Assembly: GCA_958009085.1 (NCBI GenBank)
Contig: OY253676.1
Coordinates: 558,001-622,000 of the forward strand
Origin: Protoeuglena noctilucae
Taxonomy: Eukaryota
Length of the DNA stretch: 64,000 nt
Direction of reading: 5' to 3'
The notes beneath the pieces are model-generated. The model saw only the letters and a list, made by a program, of their open reading frames with translations, had not been told where the DNA came from and made no database searches. Shown in pieces: positions 60,473 to 64,000 of this stretch. Every line of letters begins with the position of its first letter. Position 1 is the first letter of the stretch. The position numbers were made by a program, and so were the translations under genes.

Positions 60473-62438
60473 ATGGCGTCCCTAGCTCCTTCGATGGGGA
60501 GGGGAGGTTCCCATGCGTCTACGAGCAAGGTGTCCGGGCTGGAGAGGCCAAGCAGGGCCGTCCCATGCGCGTCGACACGCAAGGGCCTCGGGGTCCTGGA
60601 GTGGACGGGGAAAGTCCCGCAGGGGCTGCTCGTGCGCCCCGTCAAAGCGTCGTGGAACGCAGTGTGGCTCCTGTTCATGACCGAGCTGGCTCCCCGCGAC
60701 CGAGAGGGATCCTACGTCCGTCCCGACTACTCTCTTCGAGGCGCCATCTCGCCCTCGCCTGGAGCTGACTTCCCCGTCGAGGCTGGGCGCTATCACCTGG
60801 TGCGTCGCCGTGCCCTGGCACCCATCCACGCGTTCAGGGTTGTTAGGGCTGTCGTCTTGGCCACATCACGTGCGAGCGTGATCTCAAGCACCAGCTTCGT
60901 CGTATCGACTGCAGTATGTGGGCAACGCCTGCCCTTGGTGCCACCGGTGTCTCCTCGTCCTGGCCATCACGGGCCTCGCGCGGCACGTCACGGTGACGGA
61001 AATGGAGGACGACGCAGAGCGGGCGTCGAGGGGCGGGTGGGTCTTTAACGGCACCGACGCCGTCAGCGGGAAGCGAGATCTGAGGTGGGTGTCGAGCTGG
61101 GTGTTTGAGTGACGATGGGAGTGGGGGTAGCAGTGCTTATGCGGGTGTTGGCAGAAGCAGCATGGGCAGCGTCGTTTGGCGCAGGTACCGACAAGCGCGG
61201 TCCAGTCCTCTTGCTCGTGCAGGGAGGTGTACGAGGCCTTCGCCCCTGGCTTCAGCGGCCGGTGCACTGCGCCGCTGCTGGTGGACAAGCGGGGTCGGGC
61301 GCGCCGTGAGCAACGAGAGTGCTGACATTGTGCGCATGCTGGGGGCCATGGCCGGGGCTCTGGAGGGCACAACAGCCGTCGACCTGTACCCCAAGCACTT
61401 GCGCAGCCTCATCGACGAGACCAACACGTGGGTGTACCAGGCAAGGCATGCCCTGCATCCACCCCATGCCAATCAGCATGTCTGCTGTGACGACCGATAA
61501 TGACGATAACCATGAGCGCTTTGACAACCATCGAATCTGCAACTCATGACACCTCCCCTGCCCCCTCCCAGGGCATCAACAACGCCGTCTATCGGTCCGG
61601 CTTCGCGACGACACAGGAGGCCTATGCCAGAGCGCAGTCGGACCTCTGGGCTGCGATGGAACGTGCCGAGTCAGTCCTGTCGGCCTCCCGCTTCCTCTGT
61701 GGGGACCGCATCACGGAGGCCGATCTCCGCCTGTACCCCACCCTCGTCCGATTCGACGCCGTGTACGCGACGCTCTTCAAATGCGCCCGCCACCGCATCG
61801 CCACGCGATATCCGAACCTCCTCCGCCTCATGCGCGACCTCTACCACCTCCATCTCAGGCGAGCCGCCATCCGTGCATGCTTGCAGGGGATGGAATCGTG
61901 GCAGGGAAGAGGGAGGGTGGGGTGGCATCTAGCCCAGTCCGTTTCTCTTGTGCCCGCATCAAGTGCTTGCCTGTTGCCACCAGCTCTGGCAACCCACCGC
62001 TTGCGCATGCTCTCGCACCACCCTCGACAGGAGGGCTTTTCACCCGTCATTCGCACTCACGTTCCCCGCAGTGGCTCTCCCATGCAAGTCAGAGACACTT
62101 TCAATTGTGACGCGGCGCGCAGCAGCTACTTCGGTCAGCTCTTCCCTCTCAACCCGGGGGGCATTGTGCCAGACGGACCCGGGGTGAGCAGCAGCCGCTT
62201 CATGGCCCGACTGTGCTGGCCTGACTAGCACAGATGAATGCCTGCGGGGTGGCATCATGATGCCCCATCGAAAGACGCTGGGTAGGGTAACCATCATAGG
62301 CGCCAGTCACGCGTGGTGCATCGTGCGCAGATGGCGGGCGTGCTGGGGTACGGCAGCGATGAGGACCTCAAGCGCAAATGGGAGCCCGACCCAGCCGAGG
62401 TCTTCTTGCTGAGGGACCCACGGGACAGTGGGGCGTAG
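60473..62438 (+). CDS. Glutathionyl-hydroquinone reductase (GST Xi/omega-like, YqjG/ECM4 family), plastid-type; contains an apparent +1 frameshift near 61297-61299
   Basis: FPVEAGRYHLYVGNACPWCHR, RCTAPLLVDK / VSNESADI, DLYP, WVYQGINNAVYRSGFATTQ, TEADLRLYPTLVRFDAVY..LFKC and LNPGGIVP; 6 exons. Confidence 0.88.
61441..61571 (+). other. GC-AG intron in the GHR gene
   Basis: CAG|GCAAGG...CTCCCAG|GGC gives WVYQ-GINNAVY, matching the spacing of the family motif exactly. Confidence 0.88.
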
Positions 62439-62631
62439 ACGTCACACATCCCAGCTGCAATTTCCTCAGCAGGCAGAAGCTGCAGGGAAGCTGCATGCCC
62501 TGTCTGGCACTGATGTGCCCCCGGTGCAGTCTTAGCCTGGATGACCCGTGCACTTGAACGACTTCAATATCGCTGGTCTACAGTAACTGTCTTTACGCCT
62601 CTGCCCTGCTGCCAGCCCCGCTCAACTCAAC

Positions 62632-64000
62632 TCACACCTCCATATCGCTGACCACGATCTCGGTGCTGGCACATCCCTCGCTCCCTCTGTCCCCCGCCTC
62701 CTCCTGCACACGCACGCCCCATGCACCCTCACGCCCCACACGCAGCCTCTCCAACCCCACAGCATCTGCACCCTCCTCTGCTCCCTCCCTCTCCCCACGC
62801 AGCCTCTTTGACTTTGCACCAGCAGAACCCTCCACCGCCACTGCCACACGCACTGTCCGTGGCCGCCCCCGCTTCCTGCGCCCGCCTCTGCTCGCCCCGC
62901 CCCCTTCTCTGCTCTCACCGCGACCTTCTCTGCTCTCCCCCCGCCCCCGCCCCCGCCTCTGGCCCCCATCCTGGCCTGAATCGTTGCTCTGCATCGCCTC
63001 GCCAGCCTGCTCCCCCACGCTCTCGACCGGCGGCGGCAGTGGCTCGATGGACGGCCGCGGGCCCTGCCCGGCGCACCGCACCAGTCGGAACTGGGACACA
63101 TGAGAGGGGCAACGCCAAAATGGTCATGACACCGTACTCTCTGGTGAACATGTCGGGTGCCTCGTGCGCGTTCCATGCAGCCGTAAAACCATGCACGGCC
63201 CCTGCCATGAGCCAGCCACACTGTGCACCCCACCTGAAAGACACCCCGTGCCTTCGTGTGTTTGAACCCGATGACGTGGTGCACCCCATCGTAGACGTAA
63301 TCATAACTTCTCGATGAAATGCGGCGCTTCCTCCACACCCTGACGGGGACCTCCAGGTGCATCGAGTTGATCAGAGGGAGGACAGTACCTGCGGGGACAG
63401 CCCACGCGTCCAGTACGTGACTATTAGTCGACGCATCAACAGTCGATACGTCCCGTCAGCCGGCCCACTCCTGGCGATGACCCTTGCCCACTCGCGAGTC
63501 AGCTTGTGGGTCAGCAAACCGATTCCAATCGTGGGAACTGTCCTCCTCACCCGCGGCAGTGTACGTCCACAGCTGCTGCCCCTCCTGCAGCTCTCCAAAC
63601 TCATGCGCAAAAGCCTCGTCCACCTCTTGCCACAGGGACGGTCCCTCGCGATCCCCGGTGTCTCCCTCGTTGTCCTGCAAACCGAGCTCCGGGTCAGACA
63701 TGCTACACGACGGGAGGAGCCGGCAAGAAGCGCGACTGCAAAGCACTCGCCGGCACAAAATCGGGGCGACTGTCACCACTCACCTTGTACGCCCAGGCGT
63801 CGCAGATGCTCAGCGCCAGCTCTGGGTTGCCCAGGATGTCCGCCACCGTGCTTTGGGCTAAGGCAGCCTGCCCACCCCTCTCCCCGTCGTCTCTAATGCG
63901 GCCCTTATGCGCTGTCATGGAAAAAATGCCGGCCAAGGTTTTTCTGCCACTTCTAGGCCCGTGAGCACCCACAAGGTGCAGCATCTGGCGGGTCTGGAGC
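62632..64000 (-). CDS. 3' part of an SRA/YDG-domain protein with a C-terminal AT-hook (5' end outside the window)
   Basis: Spliced sequence RQMLHLVGAH...LAGI...ALSICDAWAYK-DNEGD...WTYTAAG...PLINSMHLEVPVRVWR...YVYDGVHHV...VFQ-FRLVRCAGQ follows the SRA motif order; RKRGRPR in the last exon. Confidence 0.72.

Noticed and set aside
63091..63251. Apparent GC donor AAG|GCACGG in the SRA gene
   Set aside because: The GT donor CAG|GTGGGG gives VFQ-FRLVR, which fits the SRA motif better.

Overview
This is GC-rich, intron-containing nuclear DNA from a photosynthetic eukaryote, most consistent with a green alga (LHCA1, thylakoid TerC, SOUL/HBP5-like and other plastid-targeted genes); the species cannot be determined from the sequence alone. 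I reconstructed about 24 spliced protein-coding genes by hand, roughly one per 2.7 kb, many in tight head-to-head or tail-to-tail pairs. Most long ORFs in the supplied track are antisense or off-frame shadows of GC-rich coding sequence. Recognisable genes: an ENT nucleoside transporter, proteasome alpha-5, a PGAP1-like alpha/beta hydrolase, TerC, a TPR protein, a bacterial-type Ca-dependent PI-PLC, a mitochondrial carrier, SOUL, TBL2, an RNI-like LRR protein, an FAD monooxygenase, UPF2, a bPH_2 protein, a glycine-rich RRM protein, LHCA1 and a glutathionyl-hydroquinone reductase. The most notable observations are: (1) an unusually high share of GC-AG introns; (2) a chromatin protein spanning about 7.9 kb with a TDBD-like + extended PHD + split, divergent SET architecture; (3) a divergent SRA/YDG + AT-hook protein with an altered base-binding loop; (4) a membrane protein carrying a bacterial-type cadherin-like beta-sandwich, with tandem hairpins at its start codon; (5) an orphan calcium-binding EGF membrane protein; (6) a 1-nt frameshift in the GHR gene. 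I saw no rRNA, tRNA, CRISPR array or transposase. All family calls come from motif recognition by eye, not database searches.
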